Of a DNA stretch of 53,255 bases, positions 1 to 11,200 are shown one piece after another (the first letter of the stretch is position 1; each line of letters begins with the position of its first letter). The notes under the pieces are model-generated. The model was not told the origin of the DNA. It saw only the letters and a program-made list of their open reading frames with translations, and did no database searches. Both the position numbers and the translations under genes were made by a program. The stretch spans positions 1 through 53,255 of the forward strand of contig JBCBJQ010000031.1 of the NCBI GenBank assembly GCA_038523235.1, in the 5' to 3' direction. This DNA comes from Cyanobacteria bacterium J06626_4 (GTDB lineage Bacteria > Cyanobacteriota > Cyanobacteriia > Phormidesmidales > Phormidesmidaceae).

Positions 1-177
1 GAGGCGGCTACCACGCTGCAAACTGTGGTCAACTTTAGTCGGGCCTTGCTGATTGCGATCGCGCTATTAACGGTGCCGCTGCAGTCTCAACAACCCTGCT
101 GGTGGGCCTTTAGTGGCGCTGTCTTAAGCACACTCGTTGTGGATCTACTATTTTTAACGAGTGCGCTCTGCTTCTAA
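1..177 (+). CDS. 3' end of a membrane protein, probably DUF3120 family (partial)
   Basis: Frame 1 is open from the window edge to TAA at 175-177; translation ends WWAFSGAVLSTLVVDLLFLTSALCF, resembling the C-terminus of cyanobacterial DUF3120 proteins. Confidence 0.45.
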   Translation, partial: EAATTLQTVVNFSRALLIAIALLTVPLQSQQPCWWAFSGAVLSTLVVDLLFLTSALCF

Positions 178-380
178 GTAAGCTGAGAGGGGAAATATAG
201 AGCGATTGTCGTCATTAGCCGTCATTAATTGTTAAGTGATTGTTGATTTCGTCCAGTCGATGAGAAAAATACAGAGTGAGGTCGCGTTTGTACGCTATTT
301 TTCACTTAAAGACGCTCGCGGACTTCCGTGCAGAGTTTTGCTCTGAGCCGCCGTTTTGCCCTCTCGTCCCCTAAGACTTT

Positions 381-1361
381 GTGATTCAACCTGCGGGCCC
401 GTATGTCGTCTTGAATACTGAGTCTGGCACTCGTCAGCTTTCTCTTGTGGGGATCAGCTGTTGGACTGTGGGACGCAGCGACGACAACAATTTAGTGCTT
501 CCTGATCGCTGGATCTCGCGCAATCACGCCATGATCCAAATGATGGAAACGGGAGAGTTTTACCTGATTGATTTAGGCAGCCGCAATGGATCCTTTGTCA
601 ATGGTCGTCGGGTGAGTGTACCGGTCACCCTAGCCGATGGCGATCACCTCACCTTTGGTCAAACCGAGCTACAGTTCTTTTGCGCCACAGCCGATCGCCT
701 GGAGCCCTCTCAACCCCAGATCGATACTGAACTCACCGCGACCGCGACGCTGCATATTCGACGATTGATTTCGGTGATGGTCGTTGATATTCGGGATTTC
801 ACTGTGATGACCCGACAGCTTGACGAAAAAGTTCTATCGGAATCCATTGGCACCTGGTTTCGCTGTGCGGGCGAAATTATTGGTCGCTACGGGAGTCGGG
901 TCGATAAGTATATCGGCGATGCGGTGATGGCCGTCTGGATTCATGGCGCTGATGGCGTCGACTCGGAAGAAATGCTGCACATCATGCAGGCCGTCGATGC
1001 ACTGGCCAAAATGACCGGGCAGCTCCATAAAAAATTTCCGCTGCCCTTTCCCTTGCGGATTGGGGCGGGTCTGAATACCGGCTATGCCATGGTGGGCAAC
1101 ACGGGCACGGGGGAGCACCCAGACTACACGGCGATTGGCGATACTGTTAATTCAGCCTTTCGGTTCGAGTCGTCTACCAAACAGTTGGGGTTAGACGTGG
1201 CGGTGGGTGAGACCACCTATGAGTACTTGATGCGGATGCAGGGCACCGACGAGCTATTCCACCGCTATGCCGTCAATATGAAGGGCTACGACAATCCGAC
1301 GGTGGCTCATGCCACGACATTCTCAGATTTAGAACGGTTTATTCATTTGCAAAATCCTTGA
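381..1361 (+). CDS. FHA-domain class III adenylate cyclase (Cya1-like architecture)
   Basis: FHA motifs GRS, ISRNHA, DLGSRNGSFVNG; cyclase motifs VVDIRDFT, DKYIGDAVMA, DYTAIGDTVNSAFRFE, with the Lys/Asp pair typical of ATP specificity. Confidence 0.9.
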   Translation: MIQPAGPYVVLNTESGTRQLSLVGISCWTVGRSDDNNLVLPDRWISRNHAMIQMMETGEFYLIDLGSRNGSFVNGRRVSVPVTLADGDHLTFGQTELQFFCATADRLEPSQPQIDTELTATATLHIRRLISVMVVDIRDFTVMTRQLDEKVLSESIGTWFRCAGEIIGRYGSRVDKYIGDAVMAVWIHGADGVDSEEMLHIMQAVDALAKMTGQLHKKFPLPFPLRIGAGLNTGYAMVGNTGTGEHPDYTAIGDTVNSAFRFESSTKQLGLDVAVGETTYEYLMRMQGTDELFHRYAVNMKGYDNPTVAHATTFSDLERFIHLQNP

Positions 1362-1399
1362 TCGGCGATCGCAACGGCAAGCTGGTGGCTGTCCCGTCA

Positions 1400-2203
1400 T
1401 CACGGTTGTTTGGTGCGGATATAGCGCGACAAATGATAGGCCGCTAGCTGCACATCTGCCGGCTGCAGCCGGGGCGGGACGTGATCGATAAAAGCCGGCA
1501 GCGCCTTGGGATTCAACACCCACGGGTCTTTCTGATTGCGGGAGGGCGTCGATTGCACAAACCACCCCGGAAACACGATCACGGCCTTTACCGGATACTC
1601 TTTGCCTGTGCTCTCTTTGAGGATACGCTTGCTCCAAGCTGCTTGGGCCCGGGCCTGAGTGATGGGATCACGATACGGCGGATAACCGTTAACTAACAGC
1701 GTTTTGCCGTCAAAGTGGACTTCTGGGCGACCAGCCGTCGGCTTACTGTAGGTCTTGGTTTCAACGGTAAAAATGCCGCGATCGCTGATGATGATGTGAT
1801 CGATATTGAAGCCATCCCCCAAAATGTCATGAAAGATGCGATAGCCTTTTTCCCTTAAATCGGCAAGAAACTGACCCACCGCTTTTTCCCCATCCCGCGC
1901 CATTTTGAGCCGCTTGGCCTGCTTCGTAATGTGAAATAACTGATAGAGCGAAAAGCCAATGATTGGAATAATCAAAATAGCCACGGCAGTTGGATTGGGT
2001 TTAGGGTTGGCATACCACCGCCACCATTCCATCAAGAACTGCAAAAGGCTAATCGCGATCGCCACAATCCATAAAATTCCTCTGTCATTGATCAGGCGAT
2101 CAATCTCTTTATCCAAAGACTGGCCTGGATTTCGTAGCGGATGATCGGTCAGAGGCGATCGTCGTTTGAGCTGAGAACGTTTTTTCATGGCTGATAGCAG
2201 CAC
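1400..2203 (-). CDS. NERD (nuclease-related) domain protein with two N-terminal TM helices
   Basis: GEKAV, FHDI, NIDHIII, GIFTVETKT, PITQA motifs; two hydrophobic segments; the ATG at 2188 (MKKRS) is a likely alternative start. Confidence 0.85.
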   Translation of the reverse strand: MLLSAMKKRSQLKRRSPLTDHPLRNPGQSLDKEIDRLINDRGILWIVAIAISLLQFLMEWWRWYANPKPNPTAVAILIIPIIGFSLYQLFHITKQAKRLKMARDGEKAVGQFLADLREKGYRIFHDILGDGFNIDHIIISDRGIFTVETKTYSKPTAGRPEVHFDGKTLLVNGYPPYRDPITQARAQAAWSKRILKESTGKEYPVKAVIVFPGWFVQSTPSRNQKDPWVLNPKALPAFIDHVPPRLQPADVQLAAYHLSRYIRTKQP

Positions 2204-2367
2204 TCATCGAAATCGGATCACGCTCCCATAGAGTGCCCGTAGCGGCAACACCGCTTTGGCGCAAGTAAAGTTTGTCAACAGCGCTGCTGTGGCGAGCGGT
2301 GAGAGGGTGCAGCCGATGTTCAACTGTTTGCAGGCGGCGGCTGTCACTAGGCGATCTGGGCGAGAAT

Positions 2368-2420
2368 TGCTGGCATCTGTCACAAACTTTCAATAGCAAA
2401 GTTTGTGACAGATGCCAGCA
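2368..2420. repeat. Perfect 23-bp inverted repeat with 7-nt loop
   Basis: TGCTGGCATCTGTCACAAACTTT (2368-2390) / CAATAGC / AAAGTTTGTGACAGATGCCAGCA (2398-2420). Confidence 0.95.
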
Positions 2421-2701
2421 GAGCAACATTCATTTACCTGAGACTGACGAAAATCACACACACTTTGAGGTTTACCTGCTGCAATAGCTGGTATGTATTT
2501 TTTCAGCTGCCTTATCGAGCCGATTTTTAATCGGGAACTGTATCAGGGAATCAGGAGCCGCTAATGAGCGAGTATCGCCGAAAAGTTCTGTCAAAAGCAG
2601 GCTCAGATGAAAATACTGTCGGTATACTCGTTATCATCTTGATCAAAGGTTCCTGAAGCGAGAGTGGTCAATGACTGTGGAACGTTTAGGTGAGCATCAG
2701 C

Positions 2702-3553
2702 ATGTTTAATGCAACTGAGATTTTGATCTCTGATTTCGTCGAAAAACTTCGTGCTGGCTATCACCGCACCTATGGTGGCTTGAACCCTGACTACGAAGAC
2801 ATCATTGCCTGGGCTGGCAGTATGGCGTTAGAAAATATCGCCAACAGTGATGCGCTTTACCACAACGTTGAGCACACGATTTTGGTTGCCCTTGTGGGTC
2901 AAGAGATTCTGCGAGGCAAACAGATTCGCGAAGGCGGCGTTAGCACCGATGACTGGCTGCACTTCATTATTTCGCTGGTGTGTCACGACATTGGCTATGT
3001 CAAAGGCGTCTGCCGGATGGATCGCGACCAAGAGCATCGCTATGCCACCGGTAAAGGGGATGAGATGGTCACCCTAGAACCTGGCGATTCCGATGCCTCA
3101 TTGACCCCCTATCACGTGGATCGAGGCAAGCTTTTTATCGAAGAGCGCTTTGGCAAAAACAGCACCATTAAGTCGGAAGTCATCAAGCTGAATGTTGAGC
3201 TGACCCGCTTCCCGGTACCGCAGGAAGAAGATCACCAAGACACCAAGTATTTTCCTGGCTTGGTCAGAGCCGCTGACCTGATTGGCCAGCTGAGTGACCC
3301 CCGCTATCTCAAAAAGATTGGGGCCCTCTATTACGAATTTGAAGAGACGGGCCAAAACAAATTCCTGAACTACAAGAGCCCTGACGACCTGAAGCACAAC
3401 TATCCGACCTTTTATTGGAAGGTGGTGCATCCCTACATTCAAGATGGGCTGCGGTATTTATCGCTGACTCAAGAAGGCAAACAGATCATTGCCAACCTAT
3501 ACTCAAATGTATTTATGGTGGAACACGAGAAAAGAAGTATCGTGGCACCTTAA
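2702..3553 (+). CDS. HD-domain metal-dependent phosphohydrolase (Npun_R2479-like family)
   Basis: MFNATEILI start (ATG 2702; ORF track starts at GTG 2690); LYHNVEHT, CHDIGY, YHVDRGK, RAADLIGQ motifs. Confidence 0.8.
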   Translation: MFNATEILISDFVEKLRAGYHRTYGGLNPDYEDIIAWAGSMALENIANSDALYHNVEHTILVALVGQEILRGKQIREGGVSTDDWLHFIISLVCHDIGYVKGVCRMDRDQEHRYATGKGDEMVTLEPGDSDASLTPYHVDRGKLFIEERFGKNSTIKSEVIKLNVELTRFPVPQEEDHQDTKYFPGLVRAADLIGQLSDPRYLKKIGALYYEFEETGQNKFLNYKSPDDLKHNYPTFYWKVVHPYIQDGLRYLSLTQEGKQIIANLYSNVFMVEHEKRSIVAP

Positions 3554-3571
3554 CGTACAGATGAGACTGGC

Positions 3572-4717
3572 ATGACTTGGTGGCAAAAGCTTCGCAAAAA
3601 TTCCCTGGCCCGCATTGGGGCGATCGTACTGCTCACGTTTTATCTCATCGTGTTTTTGGCGGAGTTTACCGCCCCTTACGATCCTTACTTTTCGGCTCCC
3701 AATGCCTCGCTATTGCCACCAACTGAGGTTTACTGGCGGAACCAAAGCACTGGCGAGTTTATTGGTCCCCATGTGTATCCCACAACGCAGGGGCCAGTCT
3801 CGGTAGAAACTGGGGAACGAGAAGTCTTTGTTGATTTTGAGCAGCCATCACCGATTCGCCTTTTAGTATCGGGTGACGCTTATCGGTGGCTGCGCGTAGA
3901 GCTGCCTTTGCCCACCCGCTTTTCTCTCACTCAGCCCGGCTTTGAAGAAGTTGAGTTGTTTGCGGGCATTGCGGGCGATCGCCATCTGTTTGGCACGGTA
4001 GGGCCGGGCCGGTGGCATCTGTTAGGGACGGATGAACAAGCCCGCGATCAGCTAAGTCGCTTGATTTATGGCGGTCGCATCAGCCTGAGTATTGGCCTGA
4101 TTGGCATTTCTCTCTCGTTTCCGCTGGGCATGTTGGTCGGCGGCCTAGCGGGCTATTTTGGGGGCTGGGTCGATGCTGTTTTGATGCGCCTCGTTGAGGT
4201 GATTATGACGATTCCGGCCATTTACCTACTGGTGGCATTGGCAGCGGTGTTGCCAGCCACCCTGTCGAGCACCCAGCGATTTTTGCTGATTATTTTGATC
4301 ACGTCGTTTGTGCGCTGGACGGGTCTGGCACGGGTCGTGCGAGGGCAGGTGCTCTCACTTAAATCGCAAACTTTTGTGACGGCATCTCAGGCCATGGGCG
4401 GGCCACCGCTGTACATTATTCTGCGTCACGTGCTGCCGCAAACTGCCACCTACGTCATCATCTCAGCGACGCTGGCGATTCCTGGCTTTATCGTGGCCGA
4501 GGCGGTGCTCAGCCTCATTGGTTTAGGCATTCAGCAACCTGACCCGTCTTGGGGCAACATGCTGTCGCTAGCCAGCAACGCCTCTATTTTGGTGCTGCAT
4601 TCCTGGTTGATTTGGCCACCAGCACTGCTGATTGTGTTGACCGTGCTGTCATTCAACTTGCTCGGCGATGGCCTACGCGATGCCCTTGATCCCCGGAGCT
4701 TGCAGAGTCATGACTAG
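3572..4717 (+). CDS. Peptide/nickel-type ABC transporter permease (OppC/DppC family)
   Basis: LLGTDEQARDQLSRLIYGGRISL, EAA-loop region FVTASQAMGG, PSWGNML, FNLLGDGLRDALDP. Confidence 0.92.
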   Translation: MTWWQKLRKNSLARIGAIVLLTFYLIVFLAEFTAPYDPYFSAPNASLLPPTEVYWRNQSTGEFIGPHVYPTTQGPVSVETGEREVFVDFEQPSPIRLLVSGDAYRWLRVELPLPTRFSLTQPGFEEVELFAGIAGDRHLFGTVGPGRWHLLGTDEQARDQLSRLIYGGRISLSIGLIGISLSFPLGMLVGGLAGYFGGWVDAVLMRLVEVIMTIPAIYLLVALAAVLPATLSSTQRFLLIILITSFVRWTGLARVVRGQVLSLKSQTFVTASQAMGGPPLYIILRHVLPQTATYVIISATLAIPGFIVAEAVLSLIGLGIQQPDPSWGNMLSLASNASILVLHSWLIWPPALLIVLTVLSFNLLGDGLRDALDPRSLQSHD

Positions 4718-5201
4718 GGGCATGACTTTGGGGTGGGGTCGCCGCTGGGCTGCTGCGATCGCGGTCATCTTGCTCCTATTAGGTATTGGGGGATGTGGCA
4801 GCCTCAAAGGCGACATTCCCGCCGAGATTGTCACGGCAGCCGTGACACAACAGGCCCAACAGGAGCAAATTGCCCTGTGGCAGCAGCTCTCTGCCGCTAC
4901 GGACATGGCGCCGCAGCTGTCGGTCAACCAGGTCAAGGTGCGCCGCGTGCGCCAGGTCAAAGTCGCCACAGCGTTAGCCTACGAGGTTACTGGCACCTAC
5001 CGCTATCGCTTGCGATATGCGGATCGCTCGCCGGTCAAGCAGTCGCGCGTGCCCTTTACACTGATTGTGCAGCGGCCCACAGCGGCAGAGTCTTGGCAAC
5101 TCTTGCAAACAAACGGCAGCTTTGAGAATGGCCAATCTTGGCGTTGGTGGCCGCTGACGGGTGAACCAGAAGCCCCTGAAGCAGACACGAACGCTGCTTA
5201 G
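4710..5201 (+). CDS. Hypothetical lipoprotein
   Basis: ATG at 4710 overlaps the permease 3' end (alternative ATG 4722); basic residues, hydrophobic stretch, then LLGIGGC lipobox-like motif. Confidence 0.65.
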   Translation: MTRGMTLGWGRRWAAAIAVILLLLGIGGCGSLKGDIPAEIVTAAVTQQAQQEQIALWQQLSAATDMAPQLSVNQVKVRRVRQVKVATALAYEVTGTYRYRLRYADRSPVKQSRVPFTLIVQRPTAAESWQLLQTNGSFENGQSWRWWPLTGEPEAPEADTNAA

Positions 5202-5598
5202 AGGAGCCTGCTTAGAGTTCTTCGTTCTCAGCAAGACTGTAGGCAAGTCAAAGCCCTGAATACGGATATGCCTTTTCTGGCTGACTTGCCAGCAGGGTCT
5301 TCAAAGCTTGGTGCTGGATAACTGGCAATCAGAAGTTATTTTTTCCTTTAGAAAGGATGGGCAAGTAGTCAACTTAATCACGGCGATCGCCCCCTTGAAT
5401 CCGCTCAGGTTCGAGTCCTGTTGCCTCAAAGCGTTTCACTACAGGGCTTTCTGAACTGAGTGGACACACCACGCCACCCTTTAGCAAAAATCGCGATCGC
5501 TAGATGTGAGGATTTCCCCCCGCGATACTTTTAGCGTCCATCAAGTACACTAGATTCCAGAAAGTACGCCTGCTAGCCATAGGGAGGCTATTAGATCA

Positions 5599-5892
5599 AT
5601 GGGCTCTTCTTTACTTGGAATGTTTGCTCAAGCCTTTGCAACATTCTTGAATATCTATTTTGTGTTACTCATTTGCCGAATTCTGTTGAGCTGGTTTCCC
5701 AATGTTGATTGGATGAGCCAGCCCTTTGCGACCCTCAGCCAGCTGACGGATCCTTACCTCAATCTTTTCCGCTCTCTCATTCCCCCATTGGGCGGTATTG
5801 ATTTCTCGCCAATTCTAGGATTTTTGGTGCTGCAGTTTCTCGCTCAAGGTGTGAGTCAGGTCGCGGCCCAGATGGCCTATTCGGCATTTTAA
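5599..5892 (+). CDS. YggT/YlmG family membrane protein
   Basis: RILLSWFP, LTDPYLNLFR, IPPLGGIDFSPI signature; GGAGG RBS upstream. Confidence 0.92.
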   Translation: MGSSLLGMFAQAFATFLNIYFVLLICRILLSWFPNVDWMSQPFATLSQLTDPYLNLFRSLIPPLGGIDFSPILGFLVLQFLAQGVSQVAAQMAYSAF

Positions 5893-6131
5893 TCAGTCGC
5901 GTAGTCGCCTTTATCACTGTTCCTCAAAGGGGAACTGTTTGTTTTGTCCCGCTGTTTGAGGGGCTGTCATCGGCTCGCGTCTCAGTATCTGTACCGCAAA
6001 AGAGTCAGCGTCTACAGTGTTTTTTGCACTGACGTGGTCATGCTTGTCTCCCCAGGTTGGGGGCAGCCGCCGGTGAGGAGCCCTCGGTGGGCCTCCGTTT
6101 TTAGATCTTTGCACAGGTTAAAGTTCATCTC

Positions 6132-7202
6132 GTGACTACTGCGATCGCTGCCCCCACTGACTGGTCGGCTCTGCTGCAGCAGATTATCGACAAGCACTCT
6201 CTCGCTACGACCGAAGCCGAAGCGCTGATGCGAGGCTGGCTGCAGGAAGAGATTCCGCCAACGCTGTCGGGCGCGTTTTTGGCAGCGATTCAGGCGAAAG
6301 GGGTCTCGGCTGACGAGCTGGCCGGCATGGCGCGGGTATTGCAGGCTCAGTCGCTGGGAGGTGCCACCTCAGACACAGACTTACCAACGCCAATGATTGA
6401 TACCTGTGGCACCGGTGGCGATGGTTCTCACACCTTCAACATTTCCACGACTGTGGCGTTTGTCGCGGCGGCAGCTGGCGTCGCAGTGGCCAAGCACGGT
6501 AATCGGTCAGCCTCTAGCAAGGTTGGCTCAGCCGACGTGTTGGAAGCCTTAGGGGTTGACCTCAATGCGACTCCTGAAAAGGCGAAAGCCGCCCTCAAGA
6601 CCGTCGGCATCACCTTCTTGTTTGCTCGGGGCTGGCATCCAGCGATGAAGGCCGTTGCGCCGCTGCGCAGTACGCTGAAAGTGCGCACAGTGTTTAACCT
6701 ATTGGGGCCGTTGGTGAATCCGCTGCGGCCTACCGGCCAGGTAATTGGCGTCTTTGACCCCTCGATACTCACGCCGATGGCCGAGGCGCTCAATCAGCTT
6801 AAAATGCCTCAAGCCATTGTGTTGCACGGTCGCGAGCGCTTAGATGAAGCCGGACTGGGAGACAGTACTGATCTGGCCCTGTTGGAGAACGGTACTGTCA
6901 CCACTCAGGTGCTCAACCCGCGCGATTTTGGGCTGGTGGATGCCGATAAAGCGGCGCTGCGGGGCGGCGAGATTGATGAGAATGCAGCGATTTTGCGAGA
7001 CGTTTTGCAGGGTAAAGGCACTCAGGCTCAGCAAGATGTGGTGTGCCTCAATGCGGCGCTGGCGCTGAAAGTCGCTGATATTGCTCAGGGTGAATCTTTG
7101 GATGCGGCGATCGCCAGTGGTATTGAGCAGGCCCGGACGATTCTGAACAGCGGCGCCGCGTGGGAAAAGCTACAAGCCTTGGTGGCCTTCTTAAAGTCCT
7201 AG
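6132..7202 (+). CDS. trpD: Anthranilate phosphoribosyltransferase
   Basis: [48 protein letters not shown]. Confidence 0.97.
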   Translation: MTTAIAAPTDWSALLQQIIDKHSLATTEAEALMRGWLQEEIPPTLSGAFLAAIQAKGVSADELAGMARVLQAQSLGGATSDTDLPTPMIDTCGTGGDGSHTFNISTTVAFVAAAAGVAVAKHGNRSASSKVGSADVLEALGVDLNATPEKAKAALKTVGITFLFARGWHPAMKAVAPLRSTLKVRTVFNLLGPLVNPLRPTGQVIGVFDPSILTPMAEALNQLKMPQAIVLHGRERLDEAGLGDSTDLALLENGTVTTQVLNPRDFGLVDADKAALRGGEIDENAAILRDVLQGKGTQAQQDVVCLNAALALKVADIAQGESLDAAIASGIEQARTILNSGAAWEKLQALVAFLKS

Positions 7203-7209
7203 GTGAAGT

Positions 7210-7911
7210 TTAGTCTTGCTTGCGTAGGAGGTTGAATTTTTGCAGCACTTGCAGATTTTCTGCAGTCACCATTTCTCTGAGGTTAGCAACATCTTTAAGT
7301 AGGCGCATTTCGCGAGCATACTCCTGTCGCAAAATACTGAGGTAGCGTTCTCGTTCCACATCGGTTTGGGCTTTGCCTAGCATGTGCAGCGCCAGGTTGA
7401 CATTGCTCAGCGGCTCTCGCAGATCCTGAGAGAGTTGGTCCAATAAGTTTTCTTTGATATTGGCCAGCTCTGTGCTGTCTTTAAGCTGCTTGCTGAGGTT
7501 GGTCGAGCGTTGGGTCTCGTCATGATAAGGCTGCATCAGCGAGGCATGGCGCGCTAGCCGCACCTCGATCGCGTTAATCAGTTCTTGGGGACGAAAAGGC
7601 TTCGTCACGTAATCGTCGGCCCCTGACTCCATCCCTTCTCGATAATCTAACCGTTCCGCTTTAGCGGTTAAAAAAATGAAGGGGATCGTTTTGGTGGCAG
7701 GCTCTTCGCGTAGGCATTTGACCACGCCGTAACCATCCATTTCTGGCATCATTACGTCGCAGACAATCAGATCGGGCAATTGACTCAAGGCCACATCTAC
7801 GCCCTCACGACCGTTTTTAGCGGTGAGCACCTGAAAATTTTCAAGGGTCAGGATATCTTCTAAATTGTCGAGCACCGAAGCATCGTCTTCAATAACAAGA
7901 ATTTTAATCAT
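7210..7911 (-). CDS. Response regulator with C-terminal HisKA-like helices
   Basis: ILVIEDD, DLIVCDVMMP, FLTAK, DDYVTKPF; C-terminal LSQDLREPL resembles an H-box lacking the His. Confidence 0.88.
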   Translation of the reverse strand: MIKILVIEDDASVLDNLEDILTLENFQVLTAKNGREGVDVALSQLPDLIVCDVMMPEMDGYGVVKCLREEPATKTIPFIFLTAKAERLDYREGMESGADDYVTKPFRPQELINAIEVRLARHASLMQPYHDETQRSTNLSKQLKDSTELANIKENLLDQLSQDLREPLSNVNLALHMLGKAQTDVERERYLSILRQEYAREMRLLKDVANLREMVTAENLQVLQKFNLLRKQD

Positions 7912-8250
7912 GATCGCTAAGCGGACACTACGACGAAGGCTGATAAGACCAAGACGATTAAGACACCTTTTCGAAAAACAGCAGAATGAATGCTTATTTT
8001 AGCGGGTCAATTCTTCTAGAGTACATCAAAAGTTCTCTCTGAAAATTTCTTCGGTGAGCTGGGATTTTCTCTCTTTCTAGAATATTCGAGAATGATTGAA
8101 AAATGCTGCTTTTGGAGCTGGTCTAAATATTGGCATCCAAGCTGATCTAGAGGGCATGAATTTCAGGGTTTCTGTTCTATTACTTTCCCCAGCTGCTATC
8201 TATTCATTGGCTAATATTAATTGATGCTATTGATTCAACAGTAGCCTTGC

Positions 8251-11200
8251 TCAAGTCGAGGGACGCAATGGCAAGCGGACGGTAAACGTGGTGCCCACGT
8301 CGACTTGGCTGTCGCAAAGAATCTCTCCTTGATGCGACTCTACGAGCCTTTTGACAATTGATAAGCCTAATCCCGTTCCCGGAATGTTGCCTACATTTGT
8401 GGCTCGATGAAAAGAATGAAATAGATGTTTAAGATCGTCTGCGGGAATGCCGATGCCTTGATCTTGAACTGCGATATCAATACTTTGGGTAGAAGCGGCA
8501 ATGCGTAGGTAAACTTCGCTAGGAGCAGGCGAATATTTGAGCGCATTGGAAAGTAGGTTAGTCAAGATTTGCCGGAGGATTCGCTGATCAGCGAGAAAAA
8601 CATCCGGCAGGGCCGTTTCGACATGGAGGTTGATGCGAGCGCCATCATTATCGAAGCTGAGTTCCTCAATGATTTCTTCGCAGAAATCAAGAATAAACGT
8701 AGGGGCTAATTTGAGCTGCATCTTGCCGGCTTCGGCTCGGCTCAAGGTGAGGACGTCTTCGAGCAGCTGAGTCATGTGAACCACTGAATCTTGAATGCGA
8801 ACTAGATGCTTGTGCTTTTTGTCATCATCTAGGCGAGCGCCGTAGTCCTGAACGATCCCCGCTGAGGAGGCGATAATCCCCAGGGGAGTGCGGAATTCAT
8901 GGGAGGTCATCGAGACAAACCGAGACTTGAGGTCGTTGAGTTCGCGTTCAGTTTGCAGGGCATTATGAACTTCGATCTCAGCCTGTTTGCGATCGCTAAT
9001 ATCCTGGCAAACACACACCATGCCGCCCCCTTCAATTAACGTCAGCGACACCTCTTGGGCAAAGGTTGACCCATCTTTACGACAGGCGATCGCCTCGCCT
9101 CGCCACTGGTGTTCCCGCATCAACTGCGGCAAAATCTCCTCTTCAAACCGCGTGATTTCTTCGTCTAAATAAAGACGATGCCAGGTCTGGCCGAGCAGCT
9201 CGGCCTGGGCGACTCCAAATAATTGGCAGTGGGCCGTATTCACAAATTCGTAGCGTCCCTCGTGATCTAAAATCGCGACGCCATCGCCAGCGGCCTCAAT
9301 CGCCGCTAGTTGATTATGCATGGCGCGTTCGGCCCGTTGTCGTTCGGTCACATTACGGAAGATACTGCGGGTCGCGACCGGAATTTCGTCCTCACAACGC
9401 ACGTTGATATTGCCTTCAAGCTGGACGGCTGCTCCAGATTTTGCCAACAGCGTCATTTCTACCGGGGTATGGACGCTACAGCCTGCTTGCTGCAGCTGGG
9501 TGAAGAGGTCTTGATAGGTAGCCACCGCATCAGCTGCCAACACATCAAAAATTGTCAGCTGTTCAAGCTCTGCTTCGCTATAGCCCAAGGTTTCACTCCA
9601 GGCTTGGTTGACGAATAAAAAATGACCATCGACTAAGGAAACGCTTTGAATCAGATCGTTAGCATTATCAAAGAAATCCTGTAGGAGGGCTTTGCTCTCT
9701 CGCAGAGCCACTTCGGCTTGTTTGCGCTCATCAATATCGCGACGCACACAGATCAAATCACCCTTCGCGCTGAGGGTGAGCGAAAGTTCTTCATAAAAGG
9801 TGCTGCCATCTTTGCGGGTTGAAATGGCTTCCCCCTGCCAGTGCCCTTGAGCCCTCAACGCAGGAAAGACCTCTTGCTGAAAGCGAGTTTTTTCGGCCGC
9901 GCTGTACATCGTCTGCCAATTTTGACCCAGCAGCTCATGGGCCGACTCGAAGCCGAACATTTTGACATGGGCGCGATTGAGGTATTGGTAAGTGCCGCCG
10001 CGGACGATCGCGATGCCGTCAATCGCCGTTTCCATAGCGAGTAGCTGGCGGTTGATCTGTTCTCTCGCCTGTTTGCTGTCGGTAGTATCGACAATCACAG
10101 CGAGAAAAACGCGCTCATTTTCTCGCTGAATCAGCTGCAGATGCACCTCGACCGAATAGTGACTACCGTCAGCCCGTCGGTGCACTGTTTCAAAGTCAAC
10201 TTTATCGACCTCTCCCTCGCGCAACGGGGCCACGAGAGCGGCAAACGTCGCAGCCGTGAAATCGGGTTTGAGATCAACCGGCGTCATCTGCTGCATTTGC
10301 TCGAAGGTGTAGCCCAAGTTGCTCAAAGCGCCGTGGTTGGCATAACTAAATTTGAGCGTCTCGGCGTCAAAGATGAAAATCTCGTTGAGGCTCGCTTCTA
10401 AAATGCCCAACAGGCGAGTGCGCTCGGCTTCAGCCTGTTTGCGATCGCGAATATCTTCGACATCGACGACCACATGTAACGGCTCTCCGGCAAAGTTGCG
10501 CACGGTGCCTGCGCGCACGATCACGTCGACGGCGGACCCATCGCGATGGCGAAAACGTCGCTCCAACTCGGGCGTGGTCTCCCCCTCGATGGTGAGCGAT
10601 GACGTAATGGGCAGTTGGGTGGGTCGGTCATCGGGGTAAGTCAGGTCTTCAAAGTGTTGCCCCATCAGTTCTGCCGGTAGGCAGCCCAGCATCGTACAAA
10701 ACGCTTGATTAACGGAGATGATTTGGCCTTCTAAGCTCATGGTGACGATGCCAATGGGGGCATTATCGATGGTGAGGCGCAGTAATTCTTTGCTGCGACG
10801 CAGATCATTGCGACTTTCGACTAGAGCCCGGTTGCTATCCTGCAGCTCACTCGTGCGGGTGACAACGCGTGCTTCAAGTTCTTGGTTGAGCTCTCGCAGC
10901 TTGTCCATGGTCTGCTGGCGCTCTAGTTCCGCTGCGGCCCGCGCCCCAAAGATTTTTAGAATGCTTTCAACTTGAGACGGATTGGCCAGCGGTTTGTCGC
11001 CAAAGATGCATAACGTGCCAATCGGCTGTCCCTGCATATTGCGTAACGCCAGCCCAAAATAACTCTCGACGCCTAAGTTAACCAGCAGCTCGTTGGGAAA
11101 ATGCTCGGTCACCTTGCTCAAACAACTGTAAAGCCCCTGCTGTAGCGTGACTTGGCCAGGGAGGTTATCCAGGCAGTAGCTCACATTAGGCTGCAGCTGA

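Noticed and set aside
31..41. AACTTTAGTCG, a partial match to the CIS operator box
   Set aside because: Lies inside a coding region and has no convincing second box at 22-bp spacing.
2109..2487. Overlapping ORFs sharing CWHLSQT...KVCDRCQQ on both strands
   Set aside because: Artefact of translating the perfect palindrome.
5242..5290. 9-bp inverted repeat GGCAAGTCA/TGACTTGCC after the lipoprotein gene
   Set aside because: 31-nt loop and no U-tract; too weak to call a terminator.
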